Shown one piece after another: positions 9,296 through 19,076 of a stretch of 64,000 nt of DNA. Below the pieces are notes generated by a model. It saw only the letters and a program-made list of their open reading frames with translations. It was not told the origin of the DNA and searched no databases. Source of the DNA: an uncultured Ruminococcus sp. Its GTDB lineage: Bacteria; Bacillota; Clostridia; Oscillospirales; CAG-272. The position numbers and the translations under genes are program-made. Location of the stretch: assembly GCA_964558485.1 (NCBI GenBank), contig CAZLED010000002.1, positions 16,853 to 80,852 of the forward strand. Reading direction: 5' to 3'. Within the stretch, counting starts at the first letter, position 1, and every line of letters starts with the position of its first letter.

Positions 9296-10555
9296 TTACA
9301 GCAGGCCGGCTTCCTTCCATTCGGCTGTTGCCTTGGCGATGTCTTCTTCGGTGGGATGATAGTCCGGGTGACTGCAGCAGGCCATGGTGGCGTTGCCGTT
9401 TTCGTCCGGGAAGGGAGAATCGTTGTCGTTTTCCCACTGCTTCCGTTCTTCTTCGTTGGTGAAGTCCGGGATCTGGTATTCCATACCGCCGTTCTGGGAG
9501 CTGCGCAGAGCCAGGATCGCCGTGGCCGACATGGAGACAGAACGGTATACGTCAAAGAAGGGCTTTTCGTCTTCCAGAATGTACTTGGCAAAGTGGTAGG
9601 CCACCCAGAAGTCGCCGCCGCCGTGACCAGCGTTCCCCGGCATGGCGTTCATCTCGTCGTCCTCATACCAACGGGCCGGGACGATGGAGACCTCCTTTTC
9701 CCCTTCCGGTACGTTCCAGCCGTTGTACTGGATGCGCACTTCTTCCAGGGTACCACGGACGTTTTCCATGTTGCCCTTTTCGGCGCAGATCCGGTACCAG
9801 TTGCCGTGACCACCCCAGGCTGCACAGCCGGTGACTCTTGCCAGGGAGCCGTCCTTCATTTCGCACAGCATGATCGCCGCCAGGTCGCCCACCTGACAAG
9901 CGGTGCCGGCCAGGGTCTCCGGTGCAAATACGCACTTGCAGTTCACGGACTTCAGCTCATTGCCGGTGATGAACAGGATGGGGGCCAGTGCATGGGTCAG
10001 GTAGTAGGAGCGGGGCAGCCAGTTGCGCCAGTGCAGGGTACCGGGAGAGAGCATATTCTTGTCGTGGGGCGTGACCGGATGGTTGTATTCCCCTTCGCAG
10101 TACAGGGCCTTCCCGAAGTTGCCCGTGGCGTACCGGCGGTGCATTTCCATATTGCAGGCAAAGAAGGGATAGTTTTCTGCCAGCATATACTTGCAGCCGG
10201 TCTTCTCCACGGTGCGGCAAAGGGCTACGCATTCTGCCATGGTCAGGGCCGGTGTGCATTCGCTGAGCACGTGGATGCCACGCTCCATCGCTTTGATGGC
10301 AAAGGGCACGTGTTCACAGAAGTAGTTGCACAGCATGACGGCGTCGAACTTGCCGCTGTTGATGAAGTCGTCAAAGTTGTCGAAAACGGCGATGTCCGGA
10401 TCCTTGTCCAGCACATCCTGGATGGAAGCGATGGAGTGAGCCTGGTTGTCGCACACAGCCGTGACCCTGGTGTTGGGCAGGTCGTGGAAGATGCGGACAT
10501 AGTTGCCGCCACGGAGCGTACCGAAGATACCAATACGCATGATCTTTGTTTCCAT
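9296..10555 (-). CDS. Gfo/Idh/MocA family NAD(P)-dependent oxidoreductase
   Basis: From ORF 9296..10684, with the start moved to METKIMRIGIFG (ATG 10555, GAGGTATATATC upstream). N-terminal Rossmann strand plus the typical C-terminal alpha/beta domain. Confidence 0.85.
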   Translation of the reverse strand: METKIMRIGIFGTLRGGNYVRIFHDLPNTRVTAVCDNQAHSIASIQDVLDKDPDIAVFDNFDDFINSGKFDAVMLCNYFCEHVPFAIKAMERGIHVLSECTPALTMAECVALCRTVEKTGCKYMLAENYPFFACNMEMHRRYATGNFGKALYCEGEYNHPVTPHDKNMLSPGTLHWRNWLPRSYYLTHALAPILFITGNELKSVNCKCVFAPETLAGTACQVGDLAAIMLCEMKDGSLARVTGCAAWGGHGNWYRICAEKGNMENVRGTLEEVRIQYNGWNVPEGEKEVSIVPARWYEDDEMNAMPGNAGHGGGDFWVAYHFAKYILEDEKPFFDVYRSVSMSATAILALRSSQNGGMEYQIPDFTNEEERKQWENDNDSPFPDENGNATMACCSHPDYHPTEEDIAKATAEWKEAGLL

Positions 10556-10616
10556 GATATATACCTCGATTCTGGATAGAATATTTCGAAATCCTATAAA
10601 AGACTGTATGTTGTCG

Positions 10617-11096
10617 TCACAGGGTCTTGCTGTACCGTACGTCGCAGGCAAAGTGTTCGGTGACCACCAGGGGCTCTGCCACACGGGTGAAGCCGTTTTT
10701 TTCGTAGAACCGCCGGGCGGCTGTCATGTTTTCCAGTGTTTCCAGATAGCAGATCTGGTAGTACCCTTTGGCATAGGTCAGTGCCGTATCCAATAGTGCC
10801 TTGGCAATACCGCAGCCTCGTGCCGCCGGAATGCAGTACATTTTCTGCAGCTCACATATGCTGCCCAGCTTGTCCAGGGTACCGATGCCCACGCCGCCCA
10901 GCACCCGATCCGTGTCCGCCACAGCGACCCAGTACCGGTTGCCGGTGGTGTTGTATATGTGGGAAAACCGACCCAAGTTGGGATCTGTCCAGGCGGTCCC
11001 GGCGTGGTCACCACCAAACTCGATGAGGCAGTCCCGGATGATCCGTTCGATAACAGGGTCGTCCTTTGGCTCGATCTGGCGAATGTGATAGTCCAT
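10617..11096 (-). CDS. GNAT family N-acetyltransferase
   Basis: 159 aa. Acetyl-CoA-binding motif LQKMYCIPAARGCGIAKALLDTAL. Confidence 0.85.
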   Translation of the reverse strand: MDYHIRQIEPKDDPVIERIIRDCLIEFGGDHAGTAWTDPNLGRFSHIYNTTGNRYWVAVADTDRVLGGVGIGTLDKLGSICELQKMYCIPAARGCGIAKALLDTALTYAKGYYQICYLETLENMTAARRFYEKNGFTRVAEPLVVTEHFACDVRYSKTL

Positions 11097-11208
11097 AGAG
11101 TGCGCTCCTTTGTGTAACGTATCTATAGTATACCGGACCTGCGTGGATTTGTCAAGGGAAAATAGGGAAAAATATCATCACCCTGCCATTTGGTACGCAA
11201 ACGAAAAA

Positions 11209-11253
11209 CCGCCTGATCTCGGCATACGTATTCCAAAATCAGACGGTTTTTTT
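11209..11253. terminator. Hairpin terminator, usable on either strand; most likely serves the AroD-like gene
   Basis: CCGCCTGAT (11209-11217) pairs with ATCAGACGG (11238-11246). An A-run lies on one side and a T7 run on the other. Confidence 0.6.
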
Positions 11254-11263
11254 GTTTACAAAA

Positions 11264-12052
11264 TCACAGCATCCGCACGTCCGGCACGTAGTCCAATGTG
11301 TCTACGAGCTGACGCATGGGCTGGAGCAGCGGCTGGCTTCTGGTGGACAGGGCATCGTACCGCTCTACGCACAGCACGATGTCACAGCCAAAGGCAAAGC
11401 CTAAGGTACGGTGCCGCTTGTTGTGGGTGCCGCCGGAGAGGAACACAAAGGGTGTGTCCAGCTCCTTGGCCAGCAGCTGTGTGGTGCGCAGGTTGTCGAT
11501 CTCCTCTTCATCGGAGTTGGCGGCAGTGACGATCTTGATCACGTCTGCCCCACGCTTCCGCTGTTCCCAGGCGATCCGCAGCACTTCCTCTGCCGGTGTA
11601 TATTTCAGCACGTGGGAGGACATGAGCACCTCACCACCGGCTTCGTGGATCCGGTCGATGAGACGACGCTGCTTGTCGATGGCAGTGGGATCCATAGTCA
11701 GCTGGATCGGGTCGGGACAGAACATATCGCCGATCACGTCTGCCAGAGTGGCACCCTGTCTTATCAGCGTGAGCAGACCTTCGCCCAGCTCGTCATCGTT
11801 CATGCCTTCGTTCATGCAGCCACGATAGTTGGTCACGTAAATGGGCTTGTTTGCCATCAAAGCGAACAGACCACGGATCGTGGCATCGTCTCTGTATTTC
11901 TGCTCCATCTGGCACTGCTGGAACCCAAAAGCGTCACAGCCGGAGAAGGCCGCATTGCGAATGGTCAAGGTGGCATCCATGGGATTTCTCGCCTGGATCA
12001 TGCAGGTCAGCAGCGGACGGGACTGGTGTAAAAAGGTAGGTTTCTTTTGCAT
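11264..12052 (-). CDS. Type I 3-dehydroquinate dehydratase (AroD)-like TIM-barrel protein
   Basis: By eye, the segment VLMSSHVLKYTPAEEVLRIAWEQRKRGADVIKIVTAANSDEEEIDNL aligns with the AroD block VVMSNHDFHKTPEAEEII...ADIPKIALMPQS. The catalytic His and Schiff-base Lys positions are kept. Confidence 0.6.
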   Translation of the reverse strand: MQKKPTFLHQSRPLLTCMIQARNPMDATLTIRNAAFSGCDAFGFQQCQMEQKYRDDATIRGLFALMANKPIYVTNYRGCMNEGMNDDELGEGLLTLIRQGATLADVIGDMFCPDPIQLTMDPTAIDKQRRLIDRIHEAGGEVLMSSHVLKYTPAEEVLRIAWEQRKRGADVIKIVTAANSDEEEIDNLRTTQLLAKELDTPFVFLSGGTHNKRHRTLGFAFGCDIVLCVERYDALSTRSQPLLQPMRQLVDTLDYVPDVRML

Positions 12053-12056
12053 GGTC

Positions 12057-12818
12057 TTATCCTCTGTTCATGGCATTGCGGCCGCCGTCGATCAGGATGT
12101 TGGTACCGTTGATGAATTGTCCCTTATCGGAGGCAAGGAACAGCACCAGGTCGATGATCTCCTGGGGTTCGGCAGCACGACCCAGCAGCGTCTTCATATT
12201 GGCCATAGCGGCTCTGGTCAGCACCGGTCCGGGAGAAACACAAACGCAGCGGACGCCATAGGGTGCACCGGCCTTGGCGATCCCCTTGGTCAGACCGTAC
12301 ATGGCACCGCTCTTGGCAGCACCGTATTCTACGCCGTAGCCGTCTCCTTCTTCGCCGGTGATGGAACCGATGTTGATGATCAGACCGCTTCTCTGTTCCC
12401 GCATCTGCTTCATGACCGCATGGTCAAAATACATCTGGGCCCGCAGGTTTACGTCCAGACCCCAGTCGAACACCTCGATCGGCACGTCGCAGAAGGTGGG
12501 GTACTTGCTGCCGTCCACCTTGCACATCCGCACAGCCGTACCGCCGGCGAAGTTGCACATCAGGTCGATGGAGCCAAATTCGGCAACCGCCATATCTCTG
12601 GCGGCGCAGACCTGTTCGTAGTCCCGTACATCGCAGTGGCAGGCTACCGCACGACCTACACCCTTGGCGTTGATCTCGGCTACCTTTTCGGCCAGCACTT
12701 CGTCGTTGATGTCACACATCAGCACATTGCCGCCTTCTGCTGCCCAGTTCTGTGCCAGGCAAAGACCCATACCGGATGCGGCGCCGGTAGAAATCGCTGT
12801 TTTGTTCTGGAATTGCAT
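12057..12818 (-). CDS. Short-chain dehydrogenase/reductase (SDR)
   Basis: From ORF 12057..12905, with the start moved to MQFQNK (ATG 12818, GGAGGACACAACT upstream). Contains TGAASGMG (TGxxxGxG) and YGAAK (YxxxK). Confidence 0.9.
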   Translation of the reverse strand: MQFQNKTAISTGAASGMGLCLAQNWAAEGGNVLMCDINDEVLAEKVAEINAKGVGRAVACHCDVRDYEQVCAARDMAVAEFGSIDLMCNFAGGTAVRMCKVDGSKYPTFCDVPIEVFDWGLDVNLRAQMYFDHAVMKQMREQRSGLIINIGSITGEEGDGYGVEYGAAKSGAMYGLTKGIAKAGAPYGVRCVCVSPGPVLTRAAMANMKTLLGRAAEPQEIIDLVLFLASDKGQFINGTNILIDGGRNAMNRG

Positions 12819-12891
12819 AGTTGTGTCCTCCGGTCGTTGGAATGAATAATGAAGAATTATGGTGGGAAATACGGCGTATCCCCTTTTTGGA

Positions 12892-13800
12892 CTATTTTGT
12901 GCCACCTTGTTTTTTGGCCATTTTCAGGGTCATGCGCACCAGAGCCGATTCGTAGGCTTCCCACTGGTCGATGTTGTCCAGATAGGTGCCGTACCAGCGG
13001 ATGCCTCTTTCGTCATTGCCAGCCTTGGCGTTTTCGTATCGCTCCTTTGCCAGAGCCCGGAGCGCCGGGTGCCCCATGGGATATTGTACCCGCTCGGTGT
13101 GCATCTGGTTCCACTCCACGAAGTACAGGAAGCGCAGCCGGTTCTCGATGGCAAACCGTTCTTCCGCTTCGGCGGTGGGCAGGGTGTAGGGTGCGGTATC
13201 GATGGTGTCGATATATCCCATGGCACGCAGGAAGGTCTGGGCTAAGAGATGCTCACCGGCTCTCGAAGGATGCACCCGGTCGGGTTCGGTGGTGTAGACC
13301 TTGCCCACCAGCGGCCGCAGTGTCCCGAACATATCCACCAGCGGCAGGCCGTATTCCGCAGCCAGCGCCCGTACAATGGCCGCACATTGCTCCAGCCCGT
13401 CGTTGACACGCAGGGTGCCCTCATCCGGGTCGGCATCGTTGTACGGCGGTGGGGTGCACAGGATCACGGAAACACCGCTGTCCAGGATGGCATCCACCAG
13501 GGCACGCAGGGATTTTTTGTAGTGCTCGACACGGTCCCGGTGGTGCTGCTCTTGCTCCGGTGTGGGATTTTGCACATATTGGTTCCACCAGATGTCGTTG
13601 ACGCCGTACATGACGGAGACCGTATCCGGTGTGCGGCACAGACAGTTGGTGTACAGCCGTTCCAGGGCGATGTCCACGTTGTCTCCGGACACGCCACAGT
13701 TGTACATATAAATGCCGTCCTTGCGCAGGGTCTCAAAAATCTCCGCCGTCCAGTAGCCACGCATGGTGATGCTGTCGCCTAAAAAACAAATCGTCTTCAT
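12892..13800 (-). CDS. SGNH/GDSL hydrolase (esterase/deacetylase type)
   Basis: Block I is FLGDSIT at the N-terminus; block V is DRVHPS. Confidence 0.85.
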   Translation of the reverse strand: MKTICFLGDSITMRGYWTAEIFETLRKDGIYMYNCGVSGDNVDIALERLYTNCLCRTPDTVSVMYGVNDIWWNQYVQNPTPEQEQHHRDRVEHYKKSLRALVDAILDSGVSVILCTPPPYNDADPDEGTLRVNDGLEQCAAIVRALAAEYGLPLVDMFGTLRPLVGKVYTTEPDRVHPSRAGEHLLAQTFLRAMGYIDTIDTAPYTLPTAEAEERFAIENRLRFLYFVEWNQMHTERVQYPMGHPALRALAKERYENAKAGNDERGIRWYGTYLDNIDQWEAYESALVRMTLKMAKKQGGTK

Positions 13801-13951
13801 AAAGCTGCTCCTTTGTTGGCCAAGCTTGTAGCTTATGCCTATTGCTTGCCTATAGTATACCGGATTCTTGGAACGTTGTACAGTGGCGAATTGACGGAAA
13901 ACGGCGAATTAAATTGAATGCGTATCGTGCAAAGTGACGGTGAACGCAGAT

Positions 13952-15424
13952 TTATTCTTCGGTGGTCAGCACTTCCACGAATTCGTCGATGGATTTGGTC
14001 ACCTTGCCTTCCACACCGGCGATGATGGAGGCCACCTGGTTGGAGCCCTTCTTGAAGCCGTCCATCATGGTATTGGTGATGCTGCCAAAGTTGTACACAC
14101 AGCCGGGGTCATACACACGGTTGTCTAAAATGATGTCCAGGTTCTTCCGAGAGGTCTCGTCCCGCACGATCTTACCGCCTAAAATCTTGTCGTACAGTGC
14201 TTCGCTTACGGAATAGTAGGATTCAGCCGCCAGGGTGTCCAGCACGGTGACGGTCATGTCCAGATCCTTGACCACAGCCGGGATCGTTTCACAGAAGGTC
14301 ACGGTGTAGCCGATGGAGGTGTAGTAGTCTTCCTGATCCGGCAGTACCTTGGGCGTGGGAATGATGCCGAAGTCGGCTTCCATGTTCCGCAGCTCAAAGG
14401 CGCACTGGATCTGCCGCATGATGAACAGAGCCTGGTTGTTGGCGAACATATTGCACACGCCGATGGTGTCCACGCCCATATCCATCCGGTTGAAGAACAT
14501 ATTCTTGTCGTTCATAAAGTCGTAAACCGTCTGGAACACGGATACGGCTTCTTCGTTGTTCACAGTCAGTTCGGGAATGCCTTCGCTGTTGATGCGGCAA
14601 TACTGCTGTCCGGCAGACTGGTAGAGCTGGTACACGGCATCGTTCTGGCTGATGACGCCAAAGCGGTCGGCGGTGGTCATTTTGCCGTCCCCATCCACGT
14701 CGGTGGCCACGGTCTCGCACAGGGTCTTCATGAGATCAAAGGTCCAGTCCCCGTCCAGAACGGTCTGGTACAGGTCGCCCAGGTCGTAGTCGATGGCCAT
14801 ATCCTTGTTGAACAGGATAACGATAGACAGCATTTTGTCCATGTAGGTCAGGTCGGAGATGGTGGCATAGGACTTGCCAAAGATCGAGAAGGCGTTGCGT
14901 GCCTTGCTGTCGTACCAGGGCATGGAGAAATCGATGAGGGGTTCCATGTCGGTCAGGTAGCCGCCGGAGATCATGGAGTACAGGGAATACCAGCCGGGGA
15001 ATGCGGCATCGTAATCGTCGGTACCGGCGGTGACCTGCTGCCGGATCTCGTCCATGCTGCCGCTGCTGGTGGTGGACTTGGTGCCGAACTTGATGTTGTA
15101 CATTTCGGCAACGGTAGAGTTTCGGGTGTATACCGCATCGGACAGAGCGTCACCGGTCAGCTCTTCAACGGCGATATCGCAGGGGATCGTATTGCCCCAA
15201 CCGCAGGCTTCCACGGCATCGTAGTAGATCATGTTGAAGTCGGCGCCATTGTAGTTGGCCTCGTACTTGGGATAGAGCCGTTCGGTCTCGGTTTCGGTCT
15301 CCGTAGGCGTGGTGCTTTGGGAAGTGGGTGTGGTCTCGTCCACATCAGCCGCGCCGCCGCAGGAGAGCAGCGTGGGTGTGGTCAAGAGGAATGCCAGCAG
15401 TAAGCAGAGGATATGCTTTTTCAT
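13952..15424 (-). CDS. Extracellular solute-binding lipoprotein, paralogue 2 of 5
   Basis: Lipobox TLLSCGG. Shared blocks FSMPWY, DVDGDGKMT, ADFGIIPTPK. SD AAAGGA upstream. Confidence 0.85.
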   Translation of the reverse strand: MKKHILCLLLAFLLTTPTLLSCGGAADVDETTPTSQSTTPTETETETERLYPKYEANYNGADFNMIYYDAVEACGWGNTIPCDIAVEELTGDALSDAVYTRNSTVAEMYNIKFGTKSTTSSGSMDEIRQQVTAGTDDYDAAFPGWYSLYSMISGGYLTDMEPLIDFSMPWYDSKARNAFSIFGKSYATISDLTYMDKMLSIVILFNKDMAIDYDLGDLYQTVLDGDWTFDLMKTLCETVATDVDGDGKMTTADRFGVISQNDAVYQLYQSAGQQYCRINSEGIPELTVNNEEAVSVFQTVYDFMNDKNMFFNRMDMGVDTIGVCNMFANNQALFIMRQIQCAFELRNMEADFGIIPTPKVLPDQEDYYTSIGYTVTFCETIPAVVKDLDMTVTVLDTLAAESYYSVSEALYDKILGGKIVRDETSRKNLDIILDNRVYDPGCVYNFGSITNTMMDGFKKGSNQVASIIAGVEGKVTKSIDEFVEVLTTEE

Positions 15425-15619
15425 AAGTCATGTTCCTTTCGTGAAATGAAGAGATAGGAATACCATTTTGTTCAATCTCCATTATACTCCATTTTCCCAG
15501 GGTTGTATAGAAGAAAAAACGATAGGAATATGCAAAAACGCTGTTAAAATACGGAAAAAGGATTGTAAAATACAGAGGCATCGTATATAATAAAGGCAGA
15601 AAAAAAGGAGGACAACCTT

Positions 15620-16381
15620 ATGCAGCGACTGGAAAATGCCATTCTGACGGGAGAGCTGGATTTTATGATGGTATATTCGATGGCAGGACAGGACCAATGG
15701 ATCGTGGAGCGGCCGAACTATGCGCTGTCCTTCTGCCGCAGCGGCCGGATCGTATACGAAAAGGATGGGTGCCAGGTGGTATCCACGCCGGACACAGCGG
15801 TACTGCTGCCCCAAGGAGAGACGTATTATCTTCGTCGTGAGGAGACCGGGGAGTTTCCGCTGATCAACTTCACCTGCACGATGCCGCTGGGGATCGATCG
15901 TCCAACAGCCATAGAGATCGCCCATCCGGAGGCCTATCTGTGGGAATACGAAACCATGCGTTCCCTTGCCATTTTCCGGCACAATCGCCTGCGGGTCATG
16001 AGCCTGTTTTACGATATGCTCCATCGGGTGGTGCAGGAGACCCGTGGGCAGTGTGGACGGCTGCAGCAGGTGATCACCTACCTGGAGCAGCATTACACCG
16101 ACTGGGATCTCTCCTGTGCGGTATTGGCGGAACAAGGTGGGATCAGCGAGGTCTATATGCGGCAGCTGTTCCATGCCCAGTTCGGCGTATCTCCCAAGCG
16201 GTACCTGTTGGAGCTTCGCATCGAACGGGCCCGTCAGCTTCTCAGCGATACGTCCCTTGCCATCCAGGAGATCGCTGCGACCTGTGGCTTTGGCACGGCC
16301 AACCATTTCTGCCGTCTCTTCCGGGAGATGACCGGCCAGACCCCCGGAGAATACCGCCGCCTGAGCCGATTGGGAGGCTGA
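15620..16381 (+). CDS. AraC family transcriptional regulator
   Basis: SD AAGGAGG. N-terminal cupin-like sensor and C-terminal double HTH (IAATCGFGTANHFCRLFREMTGQTPGEYRR). Divergent from SBP paralogue 2. Confidence 0.9.
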   Translation: MQRLENAILTGELDFMMVYSMAGQDQWIVERPNYALSFCRSGRIVYEKDGCQVVSTPDTAVLLPQGETYYLRREETGEFPLINFTCTMPLGIDRPTAIEIAHPEAYLWEYETMRSLAIFRHNRLRVMSLFYDMLHRVVQETRGQCGRLQQVITYLEQHYTDWDLSCAVLAEQGGISEVYMRQLFHAQFGVSPKRYLLELRIERARQLLSDTSLAIQEIAATCGFGTANHFCRLFREMTGQTPGEYRRLSRLGG

Positions 16382-16511
16382 GATGGACGAGGGTTTCAAA
16401 ATTTTTTCCGCCAGACGCAAGAACCGGCTATAGCGGAATCAGGATAGGATCTTACGAAAAGGTACCGCTTGCCCGAGGAAAACAATTGCCGTGGCGAACA
16501 AAAAATCCCTC

Positions 16512-16540
16512 TTGACATACGGGTGGATCTGGTGTATAAT
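16512..16540 (+). promoter_or_regulatory. Sigma-70-type promoter with no downstream protein gene
   Basis: TTGACA (16512-16517), 17-nt spacer, TATAAT (16535-16540). Both hexamers are exact consensus. Confidence 0.55.
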
Positions 16541-16545
16541 AAAAA

Positions 16546-16720
16546 CAGAGAGAGGTACGCTGGTAACGTACCTCTCTCTGGTGCAACAGATACAACGGTT
16601 GCCTCAAATATGTGTCAGTTAGGATTTACGAATGGAAATCTTAACGTTGATTTCCATTTCACCCAAGTGAGCCATACTGGCGTACCAACTGTGTTGGTAC
16701 TGCAGACGGCTCACTTTTTT
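16546..16720 (+). ncRNA. Candidate small RNA of about 175 nt, class unknown
   Basis: Starts just after the consensus promoter. Contains a 13-bp perfect hairpin (16547-16559 / 16567-16579), internal hairpins, and a terminator GTGAGCC (16667-16673) / GGCTCAC (16708-16714) followed by T6. No SD-preceded ORF. The next plus-strand gene is more than 5 kb away. Confidence 0.4.
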
Positions 16721-16822
16721 CCTGCTTATTTTTACGGATCGCCCGATACAGTCTGCATATTTGAAATAAAACAGCCAGAACTGCACCGAGAAAATGCAAC
16801 GCAAAAATAACCATATAGCAAT

Positions 16823-16862
16823 ACAAAAAAAGCATTCGCCGACACAAACGGTACGAATGCTT
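16823..16862 (-). terminator. Rho-independent terminator of the GH2 gene
   Basis: AAGCATTCG (16830-16838) pairs with CGAATGCTT (16854-16862). A T-run follows on the minus strand. Confidence 0.7.
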
Positions 16863-16881
16863 TTCTTATTTTTATCCTATA

Positions 16882-18633
16882 TCACTGCTCGATAGCCGCT
16901 TTGGTCTGGTTTGCTTCCCGGATCCTATCGTAGATCGCCGGAGAGAACTTGGGCGTGCGGTCGTAGTGGTACAGCCCGTTCTTCTCCTGCTCGATGTCCG
17001 TCAGCTGGGTGTAGCAGAAGCCGCAGACACGGGGACAGTCCAGCAGCACCTTTGTCAGCCCCACATACCGGTCACCAAATTCTTCCTCCGTCTTCGGCCC
17101 GTCTCCATAGCCCCAGCCGGCTTCTTTCTCCGTGGGATTCCAGTAGGTGCCGCCGTATTCGCTGATCCAGTAGGGCTGTCCCTTGTACTGCATATCCCGC
17201 AGGGGCCAGTTGTGTACCGGATTGTGGAAGTACGTGGGATCGTCTACCATTTTGTCCAGATTGGCCTTCAGGCTTTCCGGGTTCTGGTCGTAGTCGTGGA
17301 TGTCGAACATATCGGTGGTGTAGTGCATACCGCCGGAGGAGTCGATCACCGGACGATAGGGGTCTACGAGCTTTGTCATCTGGTAGAATACTTCCAGGCA
17401 AGAGGCGTTGATCCCCTGGGCCCAGTAGGTCTCGTTCTGGGGACACCAACCGATGATGGCCGGATGGCTGTAGTCCCGACGCACCGTCTCCAACCATTCC
17501 GGCAGGAAATCGCCTACCCCGGTCAGATCGTGCAGCTCCGTGCCGCTGGCGTATTCACCCCACACGATGTACCCCAGCTTGTCGGCCCAATACAGGGTAC
17601 GCTCCTCGAACACACGCTGGTGCAGTCTGGCGCCGTTGAAGCCCAGCTCCATGGACAGCTCGATGTCCCGGCGCAGGAATTCGTCGGTGGGAGCCGTGTA
17701 GATCCCTTCCGGATTGAAGCCCTGGTCCAGGATCGTCCGCATGAACAAAGGCTTGCCGTTCAGGTACAGGGCGTCCGGCCGGATCTCCACGGTGCGCAGC
17801 CCAAAGTAGCTTTCCAGCCGGTCGGTGGTGCCAGCTTCGTCGGTCAGGGTCAGCACCAGATCGTATAGCGCCGGCTGACCCACGTCCCACAGATGCACCT
17901 CCGACACCGGCAGCCGGAAGGACACTGCGTATCCCACAGCCGTTGCGTCTGCCTGGCCTACGGACTTGCCGTTGTAGAATGCCTCTGCAGTCACGTGCCC
18001 GTTGCCGGATACCTCCAGATCGATCTGCACACAGCTGTCTGCCGGAAATGGCGTGATCCTGGAGTAGCGGATGTAGGTCTCTGGTACGAATTCCAGCCAC
18101 ACCGTCTGCCAGATCCCGGTGGTACGGGTGTAGGAGCAAGCGGCAGAATGGTAGTCCAGACACTGCTTTCCGAAGGACTGTCTGCCTTTCCGGAAGGTGT
18201 CCTTGGCATAGACCACAAGGGTGTTTTCCCCTTCGTGGACCAGAGCGGTGATGTCCATGGTGAAGGACGCATAGCCACCTTTGTGCTCCCCGGCTTTTTC
18301 TCCGTTGACCCACAGGATGGCATGGAAGTCCACGGCGCCAAAGTGGATCAGTACCCGACCGGCGCACTGTTCTTGGGTCAGGGTGACCGCACGGCGATAC
18401 CACACAGCCGGGATAAAATCGGTGTAGCCAATGCCGGACAGGGTGCTTTCCGGACAGAAGGGCACGGTGATCTTCTGCACGTCGCCGGTGTCAAAGTTGT
18501 TGTCGGCAAAGAGTCTGCGGTCGATGCCGGAGAGACCGAAATCAAACTGGAAATCCCAGGTGCCGTTCAGGTTCATCCAGTCCTGGCGAACAAACTGCGG
18601 ACGGGGATATTCCGGACGAGGAATGTTGGTCAT
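16882..18633 (-). CDS. Glycoside hydrolase family 2 protein (beta-galactosidase/beta-glucuronidase class)
   Basis: From ORF 16882..18705, with the start moved to MTNIPRPEYPRPQF (ATG 18633, GGAGAAAAAGCC upstream). Shows the GH2 N-terminal sugar-binding signature (RPEYPRPQF...LNGTWDF) and the TIM-barrel part (FNGARLHQ). Confidence 0.85.
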   Translation of the reverse strand: MTNIPRPEYPRPQFVRQDWMNLNGTWDFQFDFGLSGIDRRLFADNNFDTGDVQKITVPFCPESTLSGIGYTDFIPAVWYRRAVTLTQEQCAGRVLIHFGAVDFHAILWVNGEKAGEHKGGYASFTMDITALVHEGENTLVVYAKDTFRKGRQSFGKQCLDYHSAACSYTRTTGIWQTVWLEFVPETYIRYSRITPFPADSCVQIDLEVSGNGHVTAEAFYNGKSVGQADATAVGYAVSFRLPVSEVHLWDVGQPALYDLVLTLTDEAGTTDRLESYFGLRTVEIRPDALYLNGKPLFMRTILDQGFNPEGIYTAPTDEFLRRDIELSMELGFNGARLHQRVFEERTLYWADKLGYIVWGEYASGTELHDLTGVGDFLPEWLETVRRDYSHPAIIGWCPQNETYWAQGINASCLEVFYQMTKLVDPYRPVIDSSGGMHYTTDMFDIHDYDQNPESLKANLDKMVDDPTYFHNPVHNWPLRDMQYKGQPYWISEYGGTYWNPTEKEAGWGYGDGPKTEEEFGDRYVGLTKVLLDCPRVCGFCYTQLTDIEQEKNGLYHYDRTPKFSPAIYDRIREANQTKAAIEQ

Positions 18634-18709
18634 GGCTTTTTCTCCTATGAAAAGGGCAGGGGACTGTATGCGATTCGCCATAGAGCCTCTGCCACTTTTG
18701 ATCATTCTA

Positions 18710-19075
18710 TTATTGTACGTTCTTGCAGGCCACCAGGTCCACGCCGGGTTCCATGAAATCCTTCAGCAGTACCGTACCGGTGGTGACGGGTGCCGATACC
18801 GTGAAGCCGGCCAGCTCCTTCATGGCAGCAAACAGCAGCTCACGGGAAAGGGGATGGTTGGTCTTCACCGGCAGGGTCTTGGCGCCACTTTTGGCGTTGT
18901 CCAGTCCCACCGTGGTGGTCAGGGTACGTACCGGATGGGTCACTTCGTTTTCGGCATAGATCTTCCCACGAGGGCAGGTGTTGCCTTTTACCTCTGTGAC
19001 TTTGCCGTCCTCCAGCGTTACGGTGATCCGACAGCCGGCAGGGCAGACAACACAGGTCAGTTCTCTTGTTTCCAT
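18710..19075 (-). CDS. DUF1667 domain protein
   Basis: 121 aa with the N-terminal LTCVVCPAGCRITV Cys motif. Third gene of the conserved FAD-oxidoreductase trio. Confidence 0.8.
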   Translation of the reverse strand: METRELTCVVCPAGCRITVTLEDGKVTEVKGNTCPRGKIYAENEVTHPVRTLTTTVGLDNAKSGAKTLPVKTNHPLSRELLFAAMKELAGFTVSAPVTTGTVLLKDFMEPGVDLVACKNVQ

Positions 19076-19076
19076 G

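Noticed and set aside
16659-16847. Small hydrophobic minus-strand ORF (MVIFALHFLGAVLAVLFQICRLYRAIRKNKQEK...) antisense to the 3' end of the sRNA candidate. Considered as a type I toxin-antitoxin pair.
   Set aside because: All possible start codons lie inside or immediately after the GH2 terminator hairpin and lack any SD. The peptide would be unusually long after the TM segment. Evidence is insufficient.
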